A stretch of 64,000 nt of DNA. Source: Bacteroidota bacterium. GTDB taxonomy: Bacteria; Bacteroidota; Bacteroidia; Chitinophagales; Saprospiraceae. The notes beneath the pieces were generated by a model that had not been told where the DNA came from, did no database searches, and worked only from the letters and a program-made list of their open reading frames with translations. The position numbers and the translations under genes were made by a program. Of this stretch, positions 1-9,541 are shown one piece after another (within the stretch, counting starts at the first letter, position 1; each line of letters begins with the position of its first letter). The stretch lies in assembly GCA_006226345.1 (NCBI GenBank), contig SBHD01000176.1:5036-69035 (forward strand), written 5' to 3'.

Positions 1-194
1 GGGAGAGTACTTAGCGGCGGAGCGCTTAGTATTACCTTGGAATTATTGGTATTTACGCTGAAACACTGCTGTGCCCCGGATGGTCCGGGGAAGAGTAATA
101 AGAGTAATGCTATGATTAATCCGGATAACCGGCGTACTTGGAAGGTATACACGTTACAGGATTTAAATCGGTTAAAGAGATTAATTGGATTCAT
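1..194 (-). CDS. partial CDS (N-terminus only, runs off left edge): exported protein of unknown function
   Basis: Not in the ORF track because there is no stop in the window. Manual minus-strand translation from the ATG at 194-192 gives MNPINLFNRFKSCNVYTFQVRRLSGLIIALLLLLFPGPSGAQQCFSVNTNNSKVILSAPPLSTL... This has a basic n-region, a hydrophobic core and a cleavage-like SGA-QQ, and stays open to position 1. Confidence 0.4.
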   Translation of the reverse strand, partial: MNPINLFNRFKSCNVYTFQVRRLSGLIIALLLLLFPGPSGAQQCFSVNTNNSKVILSAPPLSTL

Positions 195-363
195 AAACAC
201 ACTAGTGGTCTGTGCGAAAAATTCTTTTGGTTTATGGCGGCAGATGATGAGCCAATTCTGCGCAGCTCGTCAGTCATTTAAGAGTAGCTATATTCCTTTC
301 CCATGCCTTGACCTGTCTCAACCCCCGCTCCCTGTAATTCCAAATCACTTATCGTACTAACTG

Positions 364-1791
364 CTAGCCTTTTTCTTCCCAGGCTTCAATTTCACGTAGT
401 GTTTTGTTGTATCTATACCTGCGCCAGGCCCTGACTAAAGGTTTGTACGCGAAGGACAATAGCAGTAGACCTAAAACGGCAAAAGCTCCGGCATTGTAAT
501 AGTTGATCTTGCGTATATGGATGGCGCCCTCTACCCGTAATAATAACGTACTGAAGTCGCTGTTATACACTTCCAGTGTATGCTTCCCTGTTTTACAGGA
601 TGTGCAGGAAGCCTTGCTGAAGGCCCAGGTCGTATCAGTCTGGTTCAAAATATACCGGATCTTATGCACCTTGTTCTGAGAAAGGAAAATGATGAATGGG
701 GGAGTGCCGCCCATCGTTTTGATCCGGAATGAATCAATATCTTCTCCTGCCAGCTCCACCTTGATTTGCTCAAACGGACTTAACTCCCTGGGGCGGTTAT
801 ATGGAGCATTCTTGCCGGGGTCTGCAATGCGGATATAATGAACAGTGTCACCCAGGTCATCAAGCGTCAGGCGAAACCGCCCAAATCCTTCGGGTGACAA
901 ATTGGTGCGCCATCCGGAGGAAGAGTCGACTCTTGGGTTTACGGCATTGTCAATGATATAGGAAATAGCATTTTCATTTTGCCGCTTTGGCAGGCTGGTA
1001 CCCAAAGGAATATTCTTTATGGCTTCGGCAACCAATCCGGAACGCGGATTCGCTTCAGCGTACGTGTCAACGAAATCAATCAAGGCTTTGATCCGCTCCT
1101 GGGTATCGGCCAGCCGGACTGCTTCTGCATAGGCTCTCTCTTCATCCGTATTGGGTTGGACAGAAGGAAGTGTGCTGATCGGTTGCGTGCGACGTCGCGT
1201 ACTGTCCTGACGGGTTCGGGCAGGTTCCGCTGCAGTAACAGAAAGCGTGGGCGCGGTAACTGTAAACCCGATAATAACAGGTGTCGCCTGCGTTACGACC
1301 TGATATTGGTCGGAAGGCGTCCGTCGCCAGATCTTGGGACTAATGGTCAGATAGGCATCGCCGGTCCCGGATAAGTGGAAGCGTTGGAACAGGTCTACGC
1401 TCCGGGATATCTTTTCATTCCGGGCAGGGGTAATAAGGTTTCCACCCTGTTCAAACTGAAATCCCCATACCAGGTTGGGATCTTCCGGCACCGTGTCGTT
1501 CTCAAAGGCAAAGTGTACAGCCAGATCAAAATTATCGGCGCCGGTGCGGTCTAAAGCATGAGCGGTTTGCTGCCTGTAGGTAACGCCGTTGTGTTTGACT
1601 ATCCAAACAATATTTGCACGGTAAAGCTTGCCATTGGCGTTAAACTGGATCGTCTCCTGGGCTGTACCGAAGTTTGGCTGAACCCAAAAAACTAGAAATG
1701 GTAAAAATGCCAAAAACAAACCGGTACGGTTAACCTGGTTCCAATACTGCAATCGGCCTGTCTGTACCAATGTTTGTAGTAATTCGGACAT
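364..1791 (-). CDS. hypothetical bitopic membrane protein (N-terminal signal-anchor, C-terminal TM helix plus basic tail)
   Basis: 475-aa ORF. Hydrophobic segments are LFLAFLPFLVFWV near the N-terminus and AFAVLGLLLLSFAY near the C-terminus. No family motif recognised. Confidence 0.6.
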   Translation of the reverse strand: MSELLQTLVQTGRLQYWNQVNRTGLFLAFLPFLVFWVQPNFGTAQETIQFNANGKLYRANIVWIVKHNGVTYRQQTAHALDRTGADNFDLAVHFAFENDTVPEDPNLVWGFQFEQGGNLITPARNEKISRSVDLFQRFHLSGTGDAYLTISPKIWRRTPSDQYQVVTQATPVIIGFTVTAPTLSVTAAEPARTRQDSTRRRTQPISTLPSVQPNTDEERAYAEAVRLADTQERIKALIDFVDTYAEANPRSGLVAEAIKNIPLGTSLPKRQNENAISYIIDNAVNPRVDSSSGWRTNLSPEGFGRFRLTLDDLGDTVHYIRIADPGKNAPYNRPRELSPFEQIKVELAGEDIDSFRIKTMGGTPPFIIFLSQNKVHKIRYILNQTDTTWAFSKASCTSCKTGKHTLEVYNSDFSTLLLRVEGAIHIRKINYYNAGAFAVLGLLLLSFAYKPLVRAWRRYRYNKTLREIEAWEEKG

Positions 1792-2121
1792 ACAATATAT
1801 TCTGAACTACCCGGACGAATGGAGGGTCCGGAGTGGAAGCGTTGAAGGCGAGTGATCTGCTGGGGGTAAGTGGATTAACCTGATTGCGTTACAGGTGGAA
1901 ATGCTTCCGATCTGGATCTAAACAGCTCCAAGAGCCGGCAAGTTTATACTATTTAAATAAAGTTGCAAAATACTACCCGAACAAAAACTATACCTGAAAA
2001 ACGAATGCGACATCTAAACATACGAAAAAAATAACCACGGTGATATACCTCAAACAGGGTAGTGTAAAGGTTCCTTCCTGGAATAGGATGCAAAATATTT
2101 CGGGAGGTGTACCTTTAAGCA

Positions 2122-3117
2122 ATGGATATTGCAGTTACCGGCGCCTCCGGACACCTGGGGGCTGCGCTTTGCAGGCAACTTCTGGCCGATGGTCACCAAT
2201 TACGAGTATTGGTGCGTTCTGATGCCCGGGCACTCGATGGTTTGCCGGTCCGGTCAATGAACGGTACCCTGGAGGATGCTGCTGTTCTGGAAAATTTGGT
2301 AGAAGGGGCAGATGTTGTTTTTCACCTGGCTGGCCAGATCAGTATTGGCGCGGTTCCGGAGCAGATACTTTGGCGCACGAATGTCGGGGGAACAGCAAAT
2401 GTAATTCAGGCGTGCCAAAACGGCCGGGTGAAACGGTTGATCCATTTTAGCTCTGTACATGCTTTTCAACCGGTTGCCAAACACTTGGTTTTTGACGAAT
2501 CGGCTCCCCCCGCCACGATGTTTCCATACGAACGATCCAAAGCTGCCGCACAACGTCTGGTCCAGGATGCGAACGGACATTATGGCCTGGAAACAGTATG
2601 CCTTAACCCCACCGCTGTATTAGGGCCCTGGGATTTCAAGCCTTCGTTGCAGGGAAAAATGATGCTGGACCTCCTTGCTCGCCGGATCCCGATACTTACG
2701 CCAGGTGGGTTTGACTGGGTGGACAGCCGCGATGTGGCACGCGCTGCCGCCGCTGCAATTACCCGGGGCAAGCCGGGTGTGGCTTACCTGCTGTCAGGAA
2801 GTTTTGCTTCTATGGTTGAACTGACCAAAATCCTGGGGGGGATTTCAGGGAGGCCAATGCCCAGGCGGACATTGCCGTTCCGGATTCTGAGGGGTATGGC
2901 GCCCTTTATCCAATTGTGGAGCAGGATAAACGGTACCGAGCCCTTGTTTACAGTAGAGTCATTGTCACATGTGGAAGCTGGCCATCCGTCCGTTTCGCAT
3001 GCGCGTGCCCGTCAGGATCTGGGCTATATGCCAAGACCCCTGGAGGAGACCGTACGGGATATGTACGAATGGCTGACAATGCACTACCTTTCTATGCGTA
3101 AAACACATACACAATGA
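2122..3117 (+). CDS. NAD(P)-dependent epimerase/dehydratase-family SDR (dihydroflavonol-reductase-like)
   Basis: N-terminal Rossmann motif VTGASGHLGAAL. About 330 aa with extended-SDR layout. Confidence 0.85.
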   Translation: MDIAVTGASGHLGAALCRQLLADGHQLRVLVRSDARALDGLPVRSMNGTLEDAAVLENLVEGADVVFHLAGQISIGAVPEQILWRTNVGGTANVIQACQNGRVKRLIHFSSVHAFQPVAKHLVFDESAPPATMFPYERSKAAAQRLVQDANGHYGLETVCLNPTAVLGPWDFKPSLQGKMMLDLLARRIPILTPGGFDWVDSRDVARAAAAAITRGKPGVAYLLSGSFASMVELTKILGGISGRPMPRRTLPFRILRGMAPFIQLWSRINGTEPLFTVESLSHVEAGHPSVSHARARQDLGYMPRPLEETVRDMYEWLTMHYLSMRKTHTQ

Positions 3118-3872
3118 CCTGGGTACATTATCAATTATTAACCTGGTGCTGGATTGCACTCGGCTTTCTGACCTTTCTGTACCTCTTACGGGTGGATGCG
3201 CCGTTTGGGCGTCACACCCGCACAGGATGGGGCCCCATGATCGATAACCGGGCAGGGTGGGTGCTAATGGAATTTACGGTGTTGGTGGTGTTGTACCTGA
3301 CAATAGGGCTTTCCGGCGGCTTGACGAATTCCGCCGTGGTATTACTTATTCTTGTGTTGTTCACTGCCCATTATATCCACAGAAGCCTGATCTTCCCCCA
3401 TTTCCTGCGTACTGGAGGTAAGCAAATGCCGGTAGTTATCGTGCTTTCTGCAATGGGGTTCAACACTATGAACGGATTTTTGATCGGGTATTACTTTTCG
3501 CACTTTGCGGTTTACCCGGAATTTTGGATGGCTGACTGGCGCTTTCTGCTGGGCATATCCGTATTTCTGACCGGTGCCTGGATCAATGTCAAAGCCGATT
3601 ATTACCTGATCCGGCTTCGAAAGCCCGGAGAGACCGGTTATAAAATTCCGCGGGGTGGGTGGTTCAACTACCTGAGTTGCCCCAATCATTTTGGCGAAAT
3701 ACTGGAGTGGTCTGGTTTGGCCTTGCTCAGCTGGAGTCTCCCGTTCGCGACCTTTACTTTTTGGACTGCTGCCAACCTGGTTCCGCGGGCGCTTGCCCAC
3801 CATGCCTGGTACAGGAGCCGCTTTCCGGACTATCCGGCAGCCCGGAAAGCGGTATTCCCCTTTTTGCTTTAA
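3114..3872 (+). CDS. steroid 5-alpha-reductase / DUF1295-family membrane reductase
   Basis: Polytopic membrane ORF with the C-terminal signature YLSCPNHFGEILEWSGLAL. Its start overlaps the upstream stop (ATGA), which suggests translational coupling. Confidence 0.8.
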   Translation: MTWVHYQLLTWCWIALGFLTFLYLLRVDAPFGRHTRTGWGPMIDNRAGWVLMEFTVLVVLYLTIGLSGGLTNSAVVLLILVLFTAHYIHRSLIFPHFLRTGGKQMPVVIVLSAMGFNTMNGFLIGYYFSHFAVYPEFWMADWRFLLGISVFLTGAWINVKADYYLIRLRKPGETGYKIPRGGWFNYLSCPNHFGEILEWSGLALLSWSLPFATFTFWTAANLVPRALAHHAWYRSRFPDYPAARKAVFPFLL

Positions 3873-3884
3873 TTGTTCTTCTGT

Positions 3885-5738
3885 TTACTCAGCAGTCCAC
3901 ACATCATTCTCCGTGCGGGCGTCGGTAACCAGGCGGTCTCCGAGCGTGACACGTTTTACGGTATTTCCTTTCCGGACGGGCAGCTGAATTGTTTTATTGC
4001 CTGATTTCCAGACGGAAGCAGTTCGCCGGATGTATTCGTCCGTTCCGTCGGTGTATTCAACATGGGCAACTACTGTGACTGGCATGGTACCGGTATTTTC
4101 AATGGTGATGCCGGCATTATCCACTCCGGTGACAGCAAGGTCAGGGTACCCCCAGTCAAAAAACCAGGGCTTCCAAAACCAGTCCAGGTTTTCTCCGGAA
4201 GCTGCGTTCCAGGAGTGGAAAAAGTCGAAGGGTTGCGGGTGTTTGCCTTTCCACCGGTTCATATATTCGACCATGCATTGGTGAAAACGCTCATAGCCCA
4301 ACATCTGGTACAAGGTGATATAAGCAGCCTGCGGGCGATTGTAGGAGGCAACACGGTAGGCCGGGTTGTCCAGGTGTCTGGAAGGCGTCATCGGGGGCAT
4401 ATCGATATCGGTGCCTGCCTGGTTGCCGTAGCCCCGCAGGCGGCCTTGTGGTTTTCCGGCTAGCGAGTCGGTGACCAGTACATCAAAAAATGCAGCCCAT
4501 CCTTCATCCATCCAGGCATAGTATTGTTCGTTGATCCCCATCATGAAGGGGAAATAGGTGTGCGCGGATTCATGGACCGTAAGGGAGATCGGACTTCTTG
4601 GATATGTGCTGCCATCGTTGCACATCATGGGGAATTCCATACCTCCCTGACCATTGAAAACGGTCATGCGCGGGTACGGGTATGGGTAACCCGGAAGGTA
4701 CGTGGACATTACTTCCAATCCTTGTGCAGCAATCCGGCATACCTCATAATAATCTTTGGAATCCGGGTTATAGGCAGCACTGACCAGTGCCTGCCTTCCG
4801 GTAGCGGGATCTACCAGCGCATTAGTGGCATCCCAGTAATAATGATCGCTAAAGGCAAAGGCAAAATCAGGAACCTGTTCAGCCTTAAAGAAAAAGGTGT
4901 GCTTGGCGGATTCCTGAAAAAACGGCTTGCCTCCGGCATAATCCGCTTCCCCGAAAATGGACACTACCTCCCTGGATTGTAAGGCCGTATTGTACCGGTT
5001 TAAATATTCTTGCTGCAGGATTGTCGCCGCATTTTGCCAGACTCCTGTTGCCCAAACCATAATATTGCCGGGAACTGTGATGTTGACTTCATAATCAGAA
5101 AAATCATTGTACATCTCCTGCAGGCCATTGTATGGCGCATCCGCCCAGCCGTGCAGATCGTCATATACCGCTACCTGCGGATACCAATAGGCCAGGAACC
5201 AGGTGGTAGAATCACATACACACTCCCTTGGCGCACGGTCTTTGGGTGCTATATAAGACCAGTCAATTTGCATCTCGATCGATGCCGATGGGGTAAGTGG
5301 TTCATCCAGACGAAGGGTTAAAAACGTATTGGCTTGCGTGTATTTATCTGGGGTGAGGTTGGTACGTCTGGCAGAAACACGCTTAATGGTTACGCCATCG
5401 GTTATATCTCCGGGCGCCAGGTCGTAAGCGCGCTGACCGTTTTTTCGCCACAGGTCATGCGCCAGTTTCAGGCGAATTATGTTTAGCGTGTCCGGGCTGT
5501 TGTTGAAATACCGGATGGCCGCTGTTCCGGAAACTTCCCGTGTCGGAACATCGACGTTAACATCAATCTTGTATTGAGCAGAATTCTGCCAGTATGCCGT
5601 TCCGGGCTGGCCATCAAATGATCGGGTATGCTGCTCATAGGCTTTCCGGATATTCCGGTGCATAAATAACCCCTGTCCAAAAACAGGAAGGCCGGAAACG
5701 AACATGAACAGCAGAACAGAAATGACAAGGCGTATCAT
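3885..5738 (-). CDS. M1-family zinc metallopeptidase (aminopeptidase N-like), secreted
   Basis: HESAH ... WMDEGWA matches the HExxH-x18-E gluzincin motif. I moved the start to the internal ATG (5738) that yields signal peptide MIRLVISVLLFMFVSGLPVFGQ and removes the overlap with the ABC ATPase gene. Confidence 0.85.
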   Translation of the reverse strand: MIRLVISVLLFMFVSGLPVFGQGLFMHRNIRKAYEQHTRSFDGQPGTAYWQNSAQYKIDVNVDVPTREVSGTAAIRYFNNSPDTLNIIRLKLAHDLWRKNGQRAYDLAPGDITDGVTIKRVSARRTNLTPDKYTQANTFLTLRLDEPLTPSASIEMQIDWSYIAPKDRAPRECVCDSTTWFLAYWYPQVAVYDDLHGWADAPYNGLQEMYNDFSDYEVNITVPGNIMVWATGVWQNAATILQQEYLNRYNTALQSREVVSIFGEADYAGGKPFFQESAKHTFFFKAEQVPDFAFAFSDHYYWDATNALVDPATGRQALVSAAYNPDSKDYYEVCRIAAQGLEVMSTYLPGYPYPYPRMTVFNGQGGMEFPMMCNDGSTYPRSPISLTVHESAHTYFPFMMGINEQYYAWMDEGWAAFFDVLVTDSLAGKPQGRLRGYGNQAGTDIDMPPMTPSRHLDNPAYRVASYNRPQAAYITLYQMLGYERFHQCMVEYMNRWKGKHPQPFDFFHSWNAASGENLDWFWKPWFFDWGYPDLAVTGVDNAGITIENTGTMPVTVVAHVEYTDGTDEYIRRTASVWKSGNKTIQLPVRKGNTVKRVTLGDRLVTDARTENDVWTAE

Positions 5739-5871
5739 CAGTAGTTTTTTCGGGCAAAAATAAGTTTCCGGAAAGGAATATTGAAATGGATGGTCCTTTA
5801 CCACACAGAAACATGTTGCTCCAGGACAACGCCTTTTAATAAGGGGTAAACTGTGTTTTACACCGCTTAAC

Positions 5872-6546
5872 TCAAATGGATTTGTCCTCCCGGACAAACC
5901 CATCCTCAATGTGGATAACGCGCGTTCCGTACTGTGCGTTCTTATCAGAATGGGTGACCTGCAGGATCGTCATGCCTTCCTGATGCAGTTGCCTGAACAG
6001 GTCCATGATCATCTCGCCCTGGGAGGAATGCAAGTTGCCGGTTGGTTCATCTGCCAGCAGCAATCGGGGTTTGCCAATGATTGCCCGGGCGACACCGACC
6101 AATTGTTGCTGGCCGCCCGAAAGCTGAGCGGGAAAGAGGTCTTTTTTCGCTACCATATTAAACCGGTCGAGGATGTCGGCCACCATCGCCTTACGCTCGG
6201 ATGCCTTGATCTTGCGGTAAAGCAGGGGCGTTTCAATATTTTCATAAACCGTCAGTTCATCGATCAGATGGTATGCCTGGAAGACAAAGCCGAGGTAGTG
6301 TTTGTGCAGGTCGGTCCGTTTCCGTTCGTTAAACTGATGCACCGGCTCATCAAAGAAAAAGTACTCCCCTGAAGAAGGTTCATCCAGCATGCCGATAATA
6401 TTCAAAAGGGTGGATTTTCCAGCCCCGCTGGGTCCCATTATGGTGACGAATTCGCCTTCATTGATATCCAGGTTGATGGCTTTTAGCACCCATGTTTTCT
6501 GCGGGCCGTTGCGGTGGAAACGTTCAATTTCGCGTAGTCGGATCAT
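5872..6546 (-). CDS. ABC transporter ATP-binding protein, MacB/LolD type (paralog of 24909-25595)
   Basis: Walker [10 protein letters not shown], signature LSGGQQQ and Walker [12 protein letters not shown]. It aligns well by eye with the ATPase at 24909-25595. Confidence 0.9.
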   Translation of the reverse strand: MIRLREIERFHRNGPQKTWVLKAINLDINEGEFVTIMGPSGAGKSTLLNIIGMLDEPSSGEYFFFDEPVHQFNERKRTDLHKHYLGFVFQAYHLIDELTVYENIETPLLYRKIKASERKAMVADILDRFNMVAKKDLFPAQLSGGQQQLVGVARAIIGKPRLLLADEPTGNLHSSQGEMIMDLFRQLHQEGMTILQVTHSDKNAQYGTRVIHIEDGFVREDKSI

Positions 6547-6640
6547 GGTGTATTGCTTATACAGGGTTATTTACCGGCAATTATAACTTCTTATCAGTTA
6601 GAAAATATTATACCTGGCCGACAAACGGCTGAAATATGAA

Positions 6641-7159
6641 CTATATGGCTTTTTCCAGGATCACAAATTCCAGCGGCATCTTTGGAATTCCAAAGGCGGT
6701 TGGTGAATGGAACGGCTTGTGTTCACCGGTCTGGGCATAACCATGGCGTTCATACCAGGCGATTAACTCGGAGCGGAGCGAAATCACCTGCATAAAGATG
6801 TGTGAGCAGCCTTCTTTCCGGGCATGTGCTTCGGCTCCATCTAACAGACATTTTCCGAATCCCTGATTTTGCAAGCCTGGTAATACGGACAACATTCCCA
6901 GATACATTCCCCGGTCCTGCCGTTCCAGGTACACACAACCACAAATTACATCTTTCGCATCCCGTACCTGGAGAAATACAGCTCCCGGAGTGTTGAATAA
7001 CCGATCCAGATCAGCAGCATCCGTGCGCAGCTTTCCGTCAATAAAATCCGCTTCAGTGGTCCAGCCCAGCCGGGACGGGGCACCTCGGTAGGCTGGATTT
7101 ATAATACTTAACAGCTCGGGTATATGGTCCGGGGTTGCATAACTCCAGTCGGGCATCAT
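6641..7159 (-). CDS. GNAT-family N-acetyltransferase
   Basis: 172 aa. Acetyl-CoA motif LQNQGFGKCLL (Q/R-x-x-G-x-G/A) and GNAT-typical length. Confidence 0.85.
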   Translation of the reverse strand: MMPDWSYATPDHIPELLSIINPAYRGAPSRLGWTTEADFIDGKLRTDAADLDRLFNTPGAVFLQVRDAKDVICGCVYLERQDRGMYLGMLSVLPGLQNQGFGKCLLDGAEAHARKEGCSHIFMQVISLRSELIAWYERHGYAQTGEHKPFHSPTAFGIPKMPLEFVILEKAI

Positions 7160-7180
7160 TGTTGTTTTTCCAAAAAGCGA

Positions 7181-8095
7181 TCAGATCTTTCTTTCCGTCC
7201 CCTCAAGGTCAGGAGCGGTAGAACCCGGTTGGAAAAAGTGGGCGCCATATTTTGCCCCGGAAGCATCAGGAGCACCTGTACCACCTGTTTTCGCCGTGAA
7301 GTCAGACAGCGGTTCCAGGAAAAGTCCGGTAAACCCGGAAGGATTAGGCGTTTCATTGGTGATTTTCCGGATAGATGCTTCCGCTTCGGCCAGCAGGCCG
7401 GTATTTTGGACCCGAACGTACGTTTCTGTCAGCTGAGCCGTCCAGTTATGCATAAAGGCGAAATGCTGCATGCCAGAGCTCTTGGACGTGGATGACCAAC
7501 TGGCCAACAGGTCAAAATGGAGCGGGGAGTGTTTCGGGAGGTCCTGAAGTACAGCCTGAACTGTATAAACCTGCCCTCCCATACCTTTCAGTGGGAACCC
7601 AACCGCATTGGAAATCCCAAATATCGCCCGGGCAGTCCGCTCTGTGAGCACTACGTGACCAGGATCTGAAAGCGCATTTTCCAGCGAGCCATGTAAAAGG
7701 TTGAATCGAAACAGGTGTAAAATTGCCGGATCAGAAAAAGCCCAGCCGTTCAGGTCTATTGTGCGGTTGGGGGAGGTGACGGTCACCGGCTCCGGCCATG
7801 GCATATACCGACCCACTTCAGCAATGGAGCCTGGTTGGCTGGCTTCCAATGCAGGTGCCAGCATACCGGGTGTTTTGATTGATTGCGTTTGTGATCCATC
7901 CGGTCCGGTCATCCATTTGCATATCCGGTAGACCCCGTCTGTTTGAAAACCAGCCTGTTTGTAATCCTGCTGGATAAAGGCGGAAGCAATCAGTACGGAA
8001 CCCAGTCCCAACAGCAAACTGCCCATGGCCAGAAACAATTGTTGGTGACTGAAAAATGCCTTGCGTAAACGGGGAGTAGAAATGCGCCGGTCCAT
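7181..8095 (-). pseudogene. truncated MacB/FtsX-family permease: TM1 plus periplasmic core domain only, no FtsX transmembrane domain
   Basis: 304 aa. One N-terminal TM (LFLAMGSLLLGLGSVLIASAF) precedes a MacB-periplasmic-domain-like region (VVLTERTARAIFG..., HFDLLASW..., LEPLSDF). The ORF ends where paralogs continue into TM2-4. The GNAT gene follows after 21 nt on the same strand, so no frameshifted remainder is present. Confidence 0.6.
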
Positions 8096-8156
8096 AGCTT
8101 AATTTTTTATCTGGAAAAGGGTGTATTATGAACTATTGTTTTCACGATTATCCAGT

Positions 8157-8172
8157 TTCAATGATTGTGCCA
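8157..8172 (-). promoter_or_regulatory. candidate sigma-54 (-24/-12) promoter, TGGCACAATCATTGAA
   Basis: The minus strand reads TGGCAC-N5-TTGAA, 62 nt upstream of the ATG at 8095. Spacing is canonical but -12 is TTGA rather than TTGC. The same variant precedes the HlyD operon. Confidence 0.5.
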
Positions 8173-8225
8173 TTGATATAATATGAAGATAATCAATGGT
8201 TTGTGAAAGTGGTGGGCGAATTTGA

Positions 8226-8243
8226 CTGTTCATTTTCGAACAC
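8226..8243. promoter_or_regulatory. candidate enhancer (UAS) site CTGTTC-ATTTTC-GAACAC
   Basis: Matches the GTGTYC-N6-GAACAC motif seen twice at 27013-27118. Lies about 55-70 bp upstream of the -24 element. Confidence 0.5.
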
Positions 8244-8341
8244 CATGTGTCCGGAATCAAACGTTGGATTACTGTATTTTGGCCCTGAAATATCGACCAT
8301 GCCTGTAAGACAGATTTTTTACCCTGAATGTTACACATGTT

Positions 8342-9541
8342 ATGCCTGTATTTGATTTTATAGTTGTCGGCGCCGGTATTTTTGGCGTGACTACCGCTAT
8401 CGAACTGCAAAAGCGCCGGTTTCGGGTTGCCTTGCTGGAGCAGGGCCCTGTCCCGCACCCGCTGGCTGCCTCCACGGATATTAGTAAGATTGTCCGGATG
8501 GAATACGGCGCCGATGAGGAATATATGGATATGGTAGATGAGGCTTTTGCAGGCTGGAAACAGTGGAACGACTTTTTCCAACAAACCCTTTATCACGAGG
8601 TCGGCTTTCTCATGTTATGCAAACATCCGCTTGCTGCGGGGAAGAATACTTTTGAAGCAGCCAGTTACCACAACCTGATCAAGCGTGGATATTCCCCACA
8701 ACGGCTGGATGCAGGAATGTTGGAACGGAAATTCGGCGCTTTCCGCCCCGGAACATATGCCGAAGCCATTTTTAATTCACGAGCGGGCTATGCAGAATCG
8801 GGCAGGGTAGTGGAAGTGTTAGTAGATTACGCCAGGCAACTGGGCGTAACTGTACTCACCAATCATACGGTACAGACCCTGGAGCTCCAAAATGGCAATC
8901 TGACCGCGATCCGGACGCAGGAAGGTGTCCGCCTGCAAGCCGGCCATGTTGTTATCTGCGCAGGTGCATATACGCCTTTACTGCTTCCGGAACTTCAATC
9001 GTTTATGCGGGTAACCGGGCATCCCGTTTTTCATATCAGGCCGGAAAATCCCGGCGCTTTCGCGCCGCCGTATTTTTCTGTTTTTACCGCCGATATTTCA
9101 AATACAGGCTGGTATGGCTTTCCGCTGCACCCCCGGGAAGGGGTGGTGAAGATCGCCAATCATGGTGCCGGGCAGGTGCTGCACCCGGAAAAGGACCCGA
9201 GGATCGTATCGACAGCAGACGAACAGGAACTTCGGTCTTTTCTGCGGGAAAGTATACCTGAGCTGGCTGATGCCCCTGTTGTGTACACCCGGAGGTGTTT
9301 GTATAATGATACTCTTGACGGCCATTTCTGGATCGACCGGCACCCGGAGATCAAGGGAGTCACAGTGGCTGCCGGTGGCAGCGGACACGGTTTTAAAATG
9401 GCGCCAATACTGGGAGAAATGATCGCGGCAGTAGTGACAGGAGGCCGCCATAAATGGTCGGCGCGGTACGGCTGGCGTAAACTGGATACTGGTACCCGTC
9501 AGGAAGAGGAAGCCCGGTTCAAACCGCCTGCGGATGCGTGA
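8342..9541 (+). CDS. FAD-dependent oxidoreductase (monomeric sarcosine oxidase / N-methyl-amino-acid oxidase-like)
   Basis: N-terminal dinucleotide fold DFIVVGAGIFGVTTA and C-terminal GGSGHGFKMAPILGE, typical of the DAO/MSOX family. Confidence 0.85.
   Translation: MPVFDFIVVGAGIFGVTTAIELQKRRFRVALLEQGPVPHPLAASTDISKIVRMEYGADEEYMDMVDEAFAGWKQWNDFFQQTLYHEVGFLMLCKHPLAAGKNTFEAASYHNLIKRGYSPQRLDAGMLERKFGAFRPGTYAEAIFNSRAGYAESGRVVEVLVDYARQLGVTVLTNHTVQTLELQNGNLTAIRTQEGVRLQAGHVVICAGAYTPLLLPELQSFMRVTGHPVFHIRPENPGAFAPPYFSVFTADISNTGWYGFPLHPREGVVKIANHGAGQVLHPEKDPRIVSTADEQELRSFLRESIPELADAPVVYTRRCLYNDTLDGHFWIDRHPEIKGVTVAAGGSGHGFKMAPILGEMIAAVVTGGRHKWSARYGWRKLDTGTRQEEEARFKPPADA

Noticed and set aside
37-360. 107-aa plus-strand ORF at the left edge
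   Set aside because: It has no motifs and an odd composition. The opposite strand over 1-194 encodes a convincing signal peptide that continues off the window, so the plus-strand ORF is probably a shadow.
8247-8264. GTGTCC half-site next to the 8226-8243 palindrome as a second UAS
   Set aside because: The partner half-site reads AAACGT rather than GAACAC, so only a half-site is present.
8126-8596. 156-aa minus-strand ORF spanning the 8.1-8.3 kb intergenic region
   Set aside because: It overlaps the well-supported FAD oxidoreductase start and runs through the candidate promoter and UAS. No motifs were seen.
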